This document shows, piece after piece, positions 51,799 through 60,608 of a DNA stretch of 64,000 bases. The stretch is from a virus, in the IMG/VR virus record IMGVR_UViG_3300012936_003649, positions 1 through 64,000 of that record, one strand, 5' to 3'. Numbering within the stretch: position 1 is the first letter of the stretch; each line of letters begins with the position of its first letter. The notes below the pieces were generated by a model. The model was given only the letters and a program-made list of their open reading frames with translations. It did no database searches and was not told where the DNA came from. A program made the translations under genes and the position numbers.

Positions 51799-52898
51799 CA
51801 ACACGTTGGTGTCAAGCAGGAAAGAACCATATTTGGTTAAGGCAGGATTGGACTATTCAATTATGTTGTAGTCTTGTTGGTGATACTTGGGATCATCAAA
51901 TGAAATTAGACAACCCCAAACATCTATTTAGAGTGCTTGCAAAACATTGGCCAGAAACTTATAAAATATTAGAAAAAGAACCATTACCAAAAGGCAAGTG
52001 TGCTATTTGTATTTCTGAACAAGAAATGCATGGTACAAGTCAAAGAACAAAAATTAATGAATTAACTAATGATGGTAAAAAGTTTTTTTTAAAGATAGAC
52101 TTTAGTAATAAATGTAATTTAAAATGTACAATGTGTTCTAGCAAAAGATCAACTGGCTGGATCAAAGATGAACAAAAGATGAATAAGGCTCTTGAGGGTG
52201 ATAGACGTTTAGAATTGCCTATAGCAGGGCATGAGACACTCGGATCAGAATGGTTTAAACAAATTCCAATTGAATGGTTTAAAAATTTAGGAGCGGTAGA
52301 AATATCGGGAGGTGAACCATTATATCAAGAAGATGCATTAGAATTTTTAGAATTCTTATCAATAGAAGTTCCTGATATACAAATGCGTATTATAACAAAC
52401 ACAACTCTTGTAGATGACAAAATTTTAACTATGCTAGGTAGATTTTCTAGACTACGTGTGCTTTGTAGTATAGATGCATGGGAAAATGATTGCTATCAAT
52501 ATGTAAGAGGAGGTGTGTATGAACTTCCTCAAATTAAAGAGAACATTATTAAACTTGCAAAAACTGTAAGTGGCAATGTTGCTGTTGCCGACACAATACA
52601 TCCTGCTAATTACAATCAATATGACCTTGGTGCAAAATTTATAGAAAAATTAAATAATGATTACAGTCCAAAACGTCCTGTAAGATATAGTTGGAGTTAT
52701 GTATCCAAGCCATTACATTTAAATCCTAGGACAGTATTGCCTGAAGAATTTGTTCCTGGTGAGAAAAACATAGCAGAACAAAAACTATTTTATAGGTTTA
52801 CATCTAACTTAGACAAAATTAGAAAGCAAAACATATTAGACATAAGACCAGAATTTGAATCTTGGTGGAATGAAATGGAAAAATTATGCAAACATTAG
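51795..52898 (+). CDS. Radical SAM enzyme with N-terminal twitch domain
   Basis: WCQAG...LCC...CAIC then CNLKCTMC, SGGEP, SIDA. Confidence 0.9.
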   Translation: MTTRWCQAGKNHIWLRQDWTIQLCCSLVGDTWDHQMKLDNPKHLFRVLAKHWPETYKILEKEPLPKGKCAICISEQEMHGTSQRTKINELTNDGKKFFLKIDFSNKCNLKCTMCSSKRSTGWIKDEQKMNKALEGDRRLELPIAGHETLGSEWFKQIPIEWFKNLGAVEISGGEPLYQEDALEFLEFLSIEVPDIQMRIITNTTLVDDKILTMLGRFSRLRVLCSIDAWENDCYQYVRGGVYELPQIKENIIKLAKTVSGNVAVADTIHPANYNQYDLGAKFIEKLNNDYSPKRPVRYSWSYVSKPLHLNPRTVLPEEFVPGEKNIAEQKLFYRFTSNLDKIRKQNILDIRPEFESWWNEMEKLCKH

Positions 52899-53767
52899 GA
52901 TTATTTGGAGATAGTTTTGTACAAGACCATAGGTGGGGCGAATTTATGTTCCATGATGTTCTAAAAATTACAAATGAAGATAAACTTACAAATTTATTAC
53001 AACAATATAAAAAAGCAATTCCTGCTTGGTGGGAATTATTACACAACTATAATGCTACACCACACGGAGTTGGCGGCGCAGATAATTATTGCGGTTTACT
53101 TAATTTTTTATATAATCATGAAAAATATGACCGCGTAATATTTTTAATAACAGAATCACAGCGACAAAGTTTTTGGTTAGAGGAAAGCAAGTCATCACAT
53201 AATTTGACAAGTGATATTCATTATAGTGCGAATAACTTAGACCGTTGGATTCATGCAACAAGCGAAGCACAGTGCATAGATAAACAATCTAGTAATGAAT
53301 TTTATAGTGTAATGAAAGATTTTCATGCAACTGTTGGCAGGGCTGATAGAGTAAAAGGTAATATATTAACAAATTTAATAGTAGAAAAAGTAAAAAAAAT
53401 AAGACCAGACACATTGTTTATTAATGGTTTTGCAGATAATTCTGAGGACATTCTACTTGAACATTTAATTGAAGATTTTTTTGAGGTTAAAAAAGGCACG
53501 CCTTTGTTAGAATTACACTGGATTGATAATAAAAAATTAGGTACTTGGCCTAATTTAGTAGATATGAGGATATCACATCAATCAACACCTTCAAATACAA
53601 GGCTTGCTAAAATTATACAAATGCACCTTGATACTGACAAAACACTATTAGAATTTGACATCGAACCATTTAGGCATATCAAAGTTGATAAAAATTTAGT
53701 ATTTGTAAAATCTAATAACCCAGAATCTTTCAAACAACATTTAGACTTGTTAGGAGTAGAATTATGA
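52886..53767 (+). CDS. SGNH-like protein
   Basis: LFGDSFV, HGVGGADN, C-terminal DMRISH. Confidence 0.6.
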   Translation: MQTLGLFGDSFVQDHRWGEFMFHDVLKITNEDKLTNLLQQYKKAIPAWWELLHNYNATPHGVGGADNYCGLLNFLYNHEKYDRVIFLITESQRQSFWLEESKSSHNLTSDIHYSANNLDRWIHATSEAQCIDKQSSNEFYSVMKDFHATVGRADRVKGNILTNLIVEKVKKIRPDTLFINGFADNSEDILLEHLIEDFFEVKKGTPLLELHWIDNKKLGTWPNLVDMRISHQSTPSNTRLAKIIQMHLDTDKTLLEFDIEPFRHIKVDKNLVFVKSNNPESFKQHLDLLGVEL

Positions 53768-54690
53768 AAATTGGCATCTTTGGTGATAGTTATGTTGACC
53801 GATGGAATCCGGCACATAGATTAGCAAGACAGTGTTTAGATGACAATCTTGCTGAGAAATTTTGTAATGATAATCCAGCATTTCCGTGGTATACGCATTT
53901 ACCAAAGATGAATAATACATATAAAGTATTTGAACATGGTTTGGGAGGTTGTGACAATTGGTACATATATAGTCAATTTTTAGAACATCATGAAAAATAT
54001 GATAAAATAATAGTTGTTTGGACTCATGACGGCAGGTATAGTTGGACTACATATGAAGAAGGATTTCCTTATGATCCAGAAGAAATACAAAACCGACATT
54101 GGTTACATGCAGTCAATCTTGACACTGCTATAGATAAAAGCAAAAACTATTGCGATGAAGGACCTCCTGTTCCAGGTGTTGAAAGATACAGAGCAGATTA
54201 CAAAGCATTGATACCTTTTTTTGAACGTGTGCATCATGCAGATAGGAAAAGGCATCTTAAGTTTAGCCAACTACTACAAAAAGAGGTTCGTGAAACAAGA
54301 CCAGATGCTATCTTTATCAATGCTTTCAATCCATCAGGATCCAGCATAGACCATACTGGTACTTTACATGAAATAACACTCTACGAAAATCATCTATTAT
54401 ATGAAGACTGGCCTCAAATGGGTGAAAAAATTATTCCAACTTTTTGGAGTGGGGCTCCTCCAATGGATGAGATAATAGATTGTAGAATATGTCATATGAC
54501 AAAAAACTCAAATGTAAAATTTGCAGAAAAAGTATTAAGTGCTATAAATTACAATCATACAAATATTCAAATAATAGTTAATGATTTTTGGAGGAAGATG
54601 GAAAAGAAAGATTATAGAGAATTTTGGACTAGAAGAGATATATTAAAATATGCAAACACATACTATAATGCAGGAATTACAATAGGTTGA
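53764..54690 (+). CDS. SGNH-like protein (tandem paralog)
   Basis: IFGDSYV, HGLGGCDN, HHEKYDKII, DCRICH. Confidence 0.6.
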   Translation: MKIGIFGDSYVDRWNPAHRLARQCLDDNLAEKFCNDNPAFPWYTHLPKMNNTYKVFEHGLGGCDNWYIYSQFLEHHEKYDKIIVVWTHDGRYSWTTYEEGFPYDPEEIQNRHWLHAVNLDTAIDKSKNYCDEGPPVPGVERYRADYKALIPFFERVHHADRKRHLKFSQLLQKEVRETRPDAIFINAFNPSGSSIDHTGTLHEITLYENHLLYEDWPQMGEKIIPTFWSGAPPMDEIIDCRICHMTKNSNVKFAEKVLSAINYNHTNIQIIVNDFWRKMEKKDYREFWTRRDILKYANTYYNAGITIG

Positions 54691-54715
54691 CAGTTTATTA
54701 CAAAGGTGCTATAAT
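54687..54715 (+). promoter_or_regulatory. Perfect sigma70 promoter TTGACA-N17-TATAAT with extended -10; leaderless start
   Basis: TTGACA 54687-54692, TGcTATAAT ending 54715, ATG at 54721. Confidence 0.8.
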
Positions 54716-54720
54716 ACGTT

Positions 54721-55851
54721 ATGACTGAAGATTTGAAATGGAGTAACTATGACTTCACAAAAATACCTTTTGATGACATTGTTAGTGTGGGTCAACGCAC
54801 TTCGCTTTATCGCGATTTATTTACTGTATCCTGGTTACTCGGAAGGTTCTGTAACTACAGATGTTCATACTGCTGGCCCTACGCAAGATCAGATCGTAAA
54901 GATCACCGTCCTACCGAGTTATGCTTGCGTACAGTGGATGAGATTAAACGTCAAGCCAGAGACAACGGTTTCAACAGTTTCCACTTCTCCTTGTCAGGAG
55001 GAGAGCCTACATTCCATCCTGGATACTTGGACATTCTAAAACATTTAGCAGATGATGCACCTAACACAAATTATACAAGTATTCATATGACTAGTAATTG
55101 TAGCAGACCTATGAAATGGTTTGAAACTTATGTTGAATATGCAAAACCATTCCACCGTGCCAGCATTACTGCTAGTTTACATGTTGAACATGTAAATACA
55201 AAAGAGAAGATGCAAGATTTTGCAGATAAATTAAATTTATGTCAGGAGTATGATGTTCAAGTTACAATCAATCAAGTTATGGTTCCAGAACATTTCGAAA
55301 GAGACTGGGAAAATGCTCTCTTCTTTCATGAACAAGGAATCAACGTTACCCTTAAACCTCAGTCGGATCCGACTGCGTCCAGAGTGGTTGATGGATACAA
55401 AGACGCAGACCTCAAAAGACTCTGGAACGGTATGCCACAAAGGGCGTACACAGAAAGTAAAAGGGTCTGGGCAGACAGACCTAAAGCGTCATTCGAAATA
55501 CCTCATGGAGTAGAAGGCAAGAACGATGCAAGTGTGCCTTGGCATATGCAGGTAGAATTAAAAGATTCTAAAGGCAAAAAATGGTATATGGACCAAGCAG
55601 AACGTTTTAATGCCTTTAATTTCAATAATTTCGAAGGATGGCGGTGTAACGCCGGTTTTAGCGGACTAATAATACGCGAGCCAGACGGTAGCGTAAAAAG
55701 GAGTTATTCATGCCACGATGCACCACTAGGCAATATAGAAACAGGATTCGAACTGTTTAAGACACCTAAAACATGCATCACCAAAAGTTGTGTAAGTTCT
55801 GCTGATTCAAAGATACCAAAGCGTAAAACTACTTCACTTCAAAGCAGTTAA
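54721..55851 (+). CDS. Radical SAM enzyme (MoaA-like core plus C-terminal Cys-rich domain)
   Basis: SWLLGRFCNYRCSYC, SGGEP, TSN, SLH; C-terminal WRCNAG...SC...TC...SC. Confidence 0.9.
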   Translation: MTEDLKWSNYDFTKIPFDDIVSVGQRTSLYRDLFTVSWLLGRFCNYRCSYCWPYARSDRKDHRPTELCLRTVDEIKRQARDNGFNSFHFSLSGGEPTFHPGYLDILKHLADDAPNTNYTSIHMTSNCSRPMKWFETYVEYAKPFHRASITASLHVEHVNTKEKMQDFADKLNLCQEYDVQVTINQVMVPEHFERDWENALFFHEQGINVTLKPQSDPTASRVVDGYKDADLKRLWNGMPQRAYTESKRVWADRPKASFEIPHGVEGKNDASVPWHMQVELKDSKGKKWYMDQAERFNAFNFNNFEGWRCNAGFSGLIIREPDGSVKRSYSCHDAPLGNIETGFELFKTPKTCITKSCVSSADSKIPKRKTTSLQSS

Positions 55852-56617
55852 TTATTCTATTACCTTTACTGAATGTTGGAAATGTAATTTCCTTTGGTAA
55901 ATGATGAACGTTGCCCTGCGGGTCTTTTGCTGTTCCAGAAGAAATGTCAACTACATTATAATCTTGGTCAGTCCATCCACCTGTTGATTGTCCTATCATA
56001 ACTTCATGCTCATCTGATTCGTTATGGTTGCGTCCTTGCTGTGGATATCCAATGCCTATGCCGTATTCTAATTGTTTTGTTCCGTTACTAATATCTTCTG
56101 CTATGTTGAGCCTTTTAAACCAATACTCTTTATCAGGCGGCGCACTCATATTTTTATTGAATCCAGTAACATATCCCATTTCAGCGGCAGACCGTGCAAC
56201 TAGACCCATAGCCATTCCTATCGAAGCCAAACAGTTATCACGTCTATTAGCGTGTTCAGGTGATCTTCCTGTTCCATCAGCATTGAAGTTACGCATTGTG
56301 TCAGGAAACTTGCTAACAAAACACATGTAAAAGTTAGCACCCATTTGCGGATTCTTCCAACAAGAAGGTGGCAATGTAGGATCACCAGGATGTGGTGTAG
56401 CAGTAAAGCCCCAAGTATAATCTAACATCTCTTTAATTACTTCTGGTTTACGAATAAAATATACATCATAATATGCTTCATGCTGTTTGCTTGGAGCGTT
56501 TTGAGCAATCCATAACCAATGATTGATATGCTCTTGTGGTATTTCTTTTGATAAATCCCAATTTCTTTGGCATCGTTGGATTGTTTTGATGTAATCTTTT
56601 TCTTTGTCCATATCCAT
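55829..56617 (-). CDS. Nitroreductase-superfamily flavoprotein
   Basis: QRCQRNWD, NAPSKQ, SIGMAMGLVARSAAEMGYVTGF, GIGIGYP. Confidence 0.75.
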   Translation of the reverse strand: MDMDKEKDYIKTIQRCQRNWDLSKEIPQEHINHWLWIAQNAPSKQHEAYYDVYFIRKPEVIKEMLDYTWGFTATPHPGDPTLPPSCWKNPQMGANFYMCFVSKFPDTMRNFNADGTGRSPEHANRRDNCLASIGMAMGLVARSAAEMGYVTGFNKNMSAPPDKEYWFKRLNIAEDISNGTKQLEYGIGIGYPQQGRNHNESDEHEVMIGQSTGGWTDQDYNVVDISSGTAKDPQGNVHHLPKEITFPTFSKGNRIINCFEVK

Positions 56618-56622
56618 ATAAC

Positions 56623-56667
56623 TACTTATCCACCTTTATAGTTGCCAAATGCTATAACAGATAATTA
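56623..56667. promoter_or_regulatory. Divergent late-like boxes, each 5 nt from an ATG
   Basis: Minus: gaTAAGTAgttatATG (56628-56623, ATG 56617); plus: gaTAATTActaatATG (56662-56667, ATG 56673). Confidence 0.5.
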
Positions 56668-56672
56668 CTAAT

Positions 56673-57302
56673 ATGCACGATAATTTTATTTTGTATAACA
56701 TGTTGGCTAGTTATGGCGTGGCTAGTAGACTTAATTTTAAAATTCCGCGTCCTTCTGCGTTCGTAGAATGGACAGAAAATAATTTTGAATATGTAAAATA
56801 CAATCCAAGAAAAGATATAAACCGTTATGGTTTAAGTATTACTAGTTTAGATGGCGGTCTATCTGGTAGACCAGATTTAGATAGTTTAAATGAATATAAT
56901 GCAGAATCTAATACCAAGTATGAAGAAACGGATTTTAATGTATTAACAGATGTGTATCATAAAAGTGCAGATTTACAAAAACTAGTAGATCCATGGAAAG
57001 AAGATATTTTTAGAACTCATATTTTAAAAATAAATCCAGGAGGATATTTTCCTCCTCATAGAGATTATCGTGGAACATTATTTGATAGTTTTAGATTAAT
57101 TGTTTCTTTAAAGAATCAATGTAAATTTTTAATTGAAGAACGCCCTATTAATTTTATAGACGGAAGCATGTATTTTATTGATACTGCTAAAGAACATACA
57201 TTATTTAATGTACATGATCAACCTAGTTATTGGATAGTTTTTAATGTGCAATTAAATGAAAAGACTGTAAACAAAGTTACCGAGAATTTTAGCGTACGAT
57301 GA
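56673..57302 (+). CDS. Aspartyl/asparaginyl beta-hydroxylase-like 2OG-Fe(II) oxygenase
   Basis: RTHILKINPGGYFPPHRD...FIDTAKEHTLFN. Confidence 0.8.
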   Translation: MHDNFILYNMLASYGVASRLNFKIPRPSAFVEWTENNFEYVKYNPRKDINRYGLSITSLDGGLSGRPDLDSLNEYNAESNTKYEETDFNVLTDVYHKSADLQKLVDPWKEDIFRTHILKINPGGYFPPHRDYRGTLFDSFRLIVSLKNQCKFLIEERPINFIDGSMYFIDTAKEHTLFNVHDQPSYWIVFNVQLNEKTVNKVTENFSVR

Positions 57303-57856
57303 TTATAACAACAATTACTGATGATCTAATTCCTGCCTTAGAAGTATTCTGCTTTAAAGCAAAACAACTGAAGTACGAAAACAACAGCAGTTTAAAAGCA
57401 ATGAAATTTGATTGGTGCAAAGAACATGGCGAATATTTTTGTGCAATACGTGACGGATTCATAGTAGCAGTAGCAGGATGTCATCCTTTGCCTGAAGTAG
57501 ATGACTCTGCTTGGCGTATATTATTTAGAGGTTGTGAACTACCAAATAAAGATGTATTCAAAGGAATGGGCAAAGGCGACTGGAATAGTATAACACAACG
57601 TGAAATTATTCCACGTTTTATCGAATGGTGTCCTACTGATCAATTGTATATTACAACAAATACTTATCATGAACATTCTAACGGTAAAGCCGCACGTAAC
57701 CATAGACTAATGGGCCTATTAGCAAAACAAAAAATACTTGACAAACATAGCGAAATGATGCTATACTATACAGAGCAAACTGTCTGGAAATTAAATATAC
57801 AAGAATATACCAGACGCAGAAATTTGTTGGAAGGAAACTATGTGGTACAATCCTAA
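57299..57856 (+). CDS. GNAT-fold acyltransferase-like protein
   Basis: YFCAIRDGFIVAVAGC...WRILFRGCEL...LYITTN topology consistent with GNAT. Confidence 0.5.
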   Translation: MIITTITDDLIPALEVFCFKAKQLKYENNSSLKAMKFDWCKEHGEYFCAIRDGFIVAVAGCHPLPEVDDSAWRILFRGCELPNKDVFKGMGKGDWNSITQREIIPRFIEWCPTDQLYITTNTYHEHSNGKAARNHRLMGLLAKQKILDKHSEMMLYYTEQTVWKLNIQEYTRRRNLLEGNYVVQS

Positions 57857-58097
57857 ACATTTACAAGAAGCAAAAACAAAAGCAGGTAGGCCTGATGCAG
57901 GTTATTGGTGGCATTTTAGACTTGCTATAAACGAATTCTTTTTCCTATTACTAGTTTGTATAGGAAGTTTAGTTCACGCTATTTTCCCTTGGGTACTTGA
58001 CTTTAAATTATTAGAATGGCGTATTAATCGTCTTAAAGAACTCAAGCGAAAATTGCCTGACGATCCACAATTACAGAAGGTACATTTTGATGACTAA
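57840..58097 (+). CDS. Small membrane protein (DUF6356-like)
   Basis: KHL...YWWHFRLA...hydrophobic helix...VHAIFPW pattern. Confidence 0.6.
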   Translation: MWYNPKHLQEAKTKAGRPDAGYWWHFRLAINEFFFLLLVCIGSLVHAIFPWVLDFKLLEWRINRLKELKRKLPDDPQLQKVHFDD

Positions 58098-58920
58098 CGT
58101 TTTAGATTTAATTGCATACAAAGATGGTGAATACAAAAGGTTGAGAGATATAGGACCAACTATACTCGACTTTGGATTTATACATTGCGATGCAACATAT
58201 GATGTTATGCCTGTGTATAATGGCAAAGCATTTTGTTATGAAAGACATTTACAAAGATTTAAAAATAGTGCAGAAAGATATGGTTTAAGTTTACCTGATC
58301 CTGAATGGACAGATCCTTTAGAAATAACAAGACAACTTGCAAAACGCAATCCTATCCAAAATGCATTTGTTTGGTTTTTAGCATGGAGAGGGTATCCACC
58401 TAGTGGTAACCCAAGAGACTTAGAAAATTGTAAAACACATTTTGCTATGTATATAAAACCAAGTTACCCAATCGGTAAAAAGCCAATTATTAATATTGCA
58501 TTGGATGAAGAAACTAACCGTGTTAATGATGACTACTACGGCCAAACTTATAAAAATATGGCGTGGATCGAACTAACAATGAGCCAGCGTAACAGACCAG
58601 AAGGAAGCGACACAACCGTATTAGTAGACGTTGATGGAAATATTACTGAAGGTCCTGGATTCAATGTAGGTATTGTAATTGATGGTAAAGTATACACTGC
58701 TGATAAAAATGTTCTCAAAGGTGTAACTATGAGTGTAGTGGAAGATATTGTAGACTTGACTAGGCGCCCTATTTCAAAAAAAGAATTCTTAGACGCAGAT
58801 GAAGTTTTTATTACAAGTTCAAGCGGTGGAGTAACAGAAACGCAACGCTCAGGACCTGTAACAAAAATGCTTATTGAAGAATACGAAAAGAAAAAAGAAG
58901 AATATGGAACCTTATTATAA
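58090..58920 (+). CDS. PLP-dependent class IV aminotransferase (IlvE/D-amino-acid aminotransferase family)
   Basis: DFGFIHCDATYDV, HLQRFKNSA, YKN (PLP Lys), ITEGPGFN, LKGVT, ADEVFITSSSGG. Confidence 0.9.
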   Translation: MTNVLDLIAYKDGEYKRLRDIGPTILDFGFIHCDATYDVMPVYNGKAFCYERHLQRFKNSAERYGLSLPDPEWTDPLEITRQLAKRNPIQNAFVWFLAWRGYPPSGNPRDLENCKTHFAMYIKPSYPIGKKPIINIALDEETNRVNDDYYGQTYKNMAWIELTMSQRNRPEGSDTTVLVDVDGNITEGPGFNVGIVIDGKVYTADKNVLKGVTMSVVEDIVDLTRRPISKKEFLDADEVFITSSSGGVTETQRSGPVTKMLIEEYEKKKEEYGTLL

Positions 58921-59401
58921 ACTTGTTCCATATGCAATCACAGAGGATACAAAGCAAAAAATATTAAGTTTTGCTCACGCCCCTAATGCATTTGTTGATA
59001 TTAGTTACAAGATAAGTTTTTTTAAATTACCTAGCACAATACAACATTTCAACACAACAGGATTAGATTGTGTATGTCAAATGTTAAAAGTAAATGAGTC
59101 TGGTAGCACTGTACACAAGGACAAAAACAGACACAACGAATTTGATGGTACTTGGATACCTAGACAGACTGTTGTAAGTTTTCCTTTAACAGATAATTGT
59201 GGATCTACTCATTTCTTTGATGACAATAAAAATTTTGTTTGTGATATTGATTACGAAGGGCATGGAGCAATACTAAACACTGGCGAACATTATCATAATG
59301 TAAACTTTACAAAGACAAACAATGAAAGAATAGTATTTCAATTTTGTTTTGAAGAATCATTTGATAAAGTGTGCAAACTTTGGAATAATATAAAAATATG
59401 A
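58904..59401 (+). CDS. 2OG-Fe(II) oxygenase/cupin-like protein
   Basis: Start probably ATG 58904; VHKD...VSFPL...ILNTGEHYHNV...RIVFQ (HxD...H...R). Confidence 0.6.
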   Translation: MEPYYKLVPYAITEDTKQKILSFAHAPNAFVDISYKISFFKLPSTIQHFNTTGLDCVCQMLKVNESGSTVHKDKNRHNEFDGTWIPRQTVVSFPLTDNCGSTHFFDDNKNFVCDIDYEGHGAILNTGEHYHNVNFTKTNNERIVFQFCFEESFDKVCKLWNNIKI

Positions 59402-59982
59402 ATACTGAAAATTATATATACGAGTTAGATGATTTTATTGATTGTTTATATGTTTACAATAAAGCACAAAATTTATTAAGTGAAGATTGGTTAGAATTAC
59501 CTGATCCGTATGCTTTAGGACAATATACAGATAATGAGAATTACTATATAAAAGTAGACGGTGATGATTATCTATCAAATATAAAGAAAAAATTTCCTAA
59601 ATTAAAACCTTACATAAAAATTCTAAAATCAGAAAAAGGCGTATGGCCGGCTCATGTTGATAATTGGCGAGTTACTGCAATTAACATACCTTTGTCAAAT
59701 GTAGAAGGCTGTGATACGATTTTTTATAAAGACAACTATGTAAAAAAAGAATCAATGTTTAGTCCATTTGGTAAAACAAAAGGAACATGGAAGTCTAATA
59801 AATGGGTAACTTATATTGAAACAAAGGACGAGTTATTCAAACATCAACTTACCAAACCTACTATTATTAACACAAATCAACCCCATAGTATTGTAAAGCA
59901 TACAGAAGGATATAGAATAATCGCTAGTTGGACATATGATGAACCTTTTGAACAAGCGATTAAAGATTTTTCATGCCAGTAA
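59398..59982 (+). CDS. 2OG-Fe(II) oxygenase/cupin-like protein
   Basis: AHVD...AINIPL...IINTNQPHSI...RIIASW. Confidence 0.65.
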   Translation: MNTENYIYELDDFIDCLYVYNKAQNLLSEDWLELPDPYALGQYTDNENYYIKVDGDDYLSNIKKKFPKLKPYIKILKSEKGVWPAHVDNWRVTAINIPLSNVEGCDTIFYKDNYVKKESMFSPFGKTKGTWKSNKWVTYIETKDELFKHQLTKPTIINTNQPHSIVKHTEGYRIIASWTYDEPFEQAIKDFSCQ

Positions 59983-60608
59983 ATATAACAGATAAAGATG
60001 AAGTATTTGATGACAATTTTTGGAATCAATTATACAAAAAAGAATTAGTGCCTTGGAGCAATGCACCTGCAAATCTACTTAAAAATTTTGTAGAATATTT
60101 GCCTAAAGGTGCTAAGATATTAGACTTAGGTTGCGGAAGAGGACGCAATAGTTTTTTCTTAGAAAGATTAGGATTTGAAGTTTTAGGTTTAGATATATCT
60201 GAAACAGCAATACAACAAGCAAAAGATAAAAACAGTAAATGTAAATTTAAAGTATTTGATCTTATGCACGAGGAATGGCCTAAAGATTTTGATGCTGTTA
60301 TTGATTTCGGCTTTTATCATTTTTTACCAAGTCAGTATAGAAAAGAATATGTAAGTAAATTAAATAATACATTAAATAATAAAGGAATATATTGTCAACA
60401 GTCTGGTAGAAATGATATCGAACATTCATATAATAGAATACCTGGTGAGTATGTACCACCAGAACTCAACAAAGAAGATATTGTGTTTAACAATTATACT
60501 GTTATACTTTGTGAAGAACTTACAATCCCTCCACATGACCATTGGGGAAAGTATCCTTGTTGGAATCTAATAGCGAGGAAAAATTTTGAAAACAGCAATA
60601 ATTTTTAA
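59973..60608 (+). CDS. Class I SAM-dependent methyltransferase (TPMT/TehB-like)
   Basis: FWNQLY...PW; ILDLGCGRGRN; GLDISETAI; FDAVIDFGFYHFL. Confidence 0.9.
   Translation: MPVNITDKDEVFDDNFWNQLYKKELVPWSNAPANLLKNFVEYLPKGAKILDLGCGRGRNSFFLERLGFEVLGLDISETAIQQAKDKNSKCKFKVFDLMHEEWPKDFDAVIDFGFYHFLPSQYRKEYVSKLNNTLNNKGIYCQQSGRNDIEHSYNRIPGEYVPPELNKEDIVFNNYTVILCEELTIPPHDHWGKYPCWNLIARKNFENSNNF

Noticed and set aside
33017-56617. Canonical RiPP (TOMM/ranthipeptide) or molybdopterin/queuosine/PQQ pathway
   Set aside because: No YcaO, recognisable RRE/PqqD, peptidase, transporter or clear leader-core precursor; no MoaC, QueC/D or FolE seen in the window, so gene symbols were not assigned
56636-56657. ttatag...ctataa inverted repeat as a terminator
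   Set aside because: Weak AT-rich 6-bp stem between divergent genes with no U-tract
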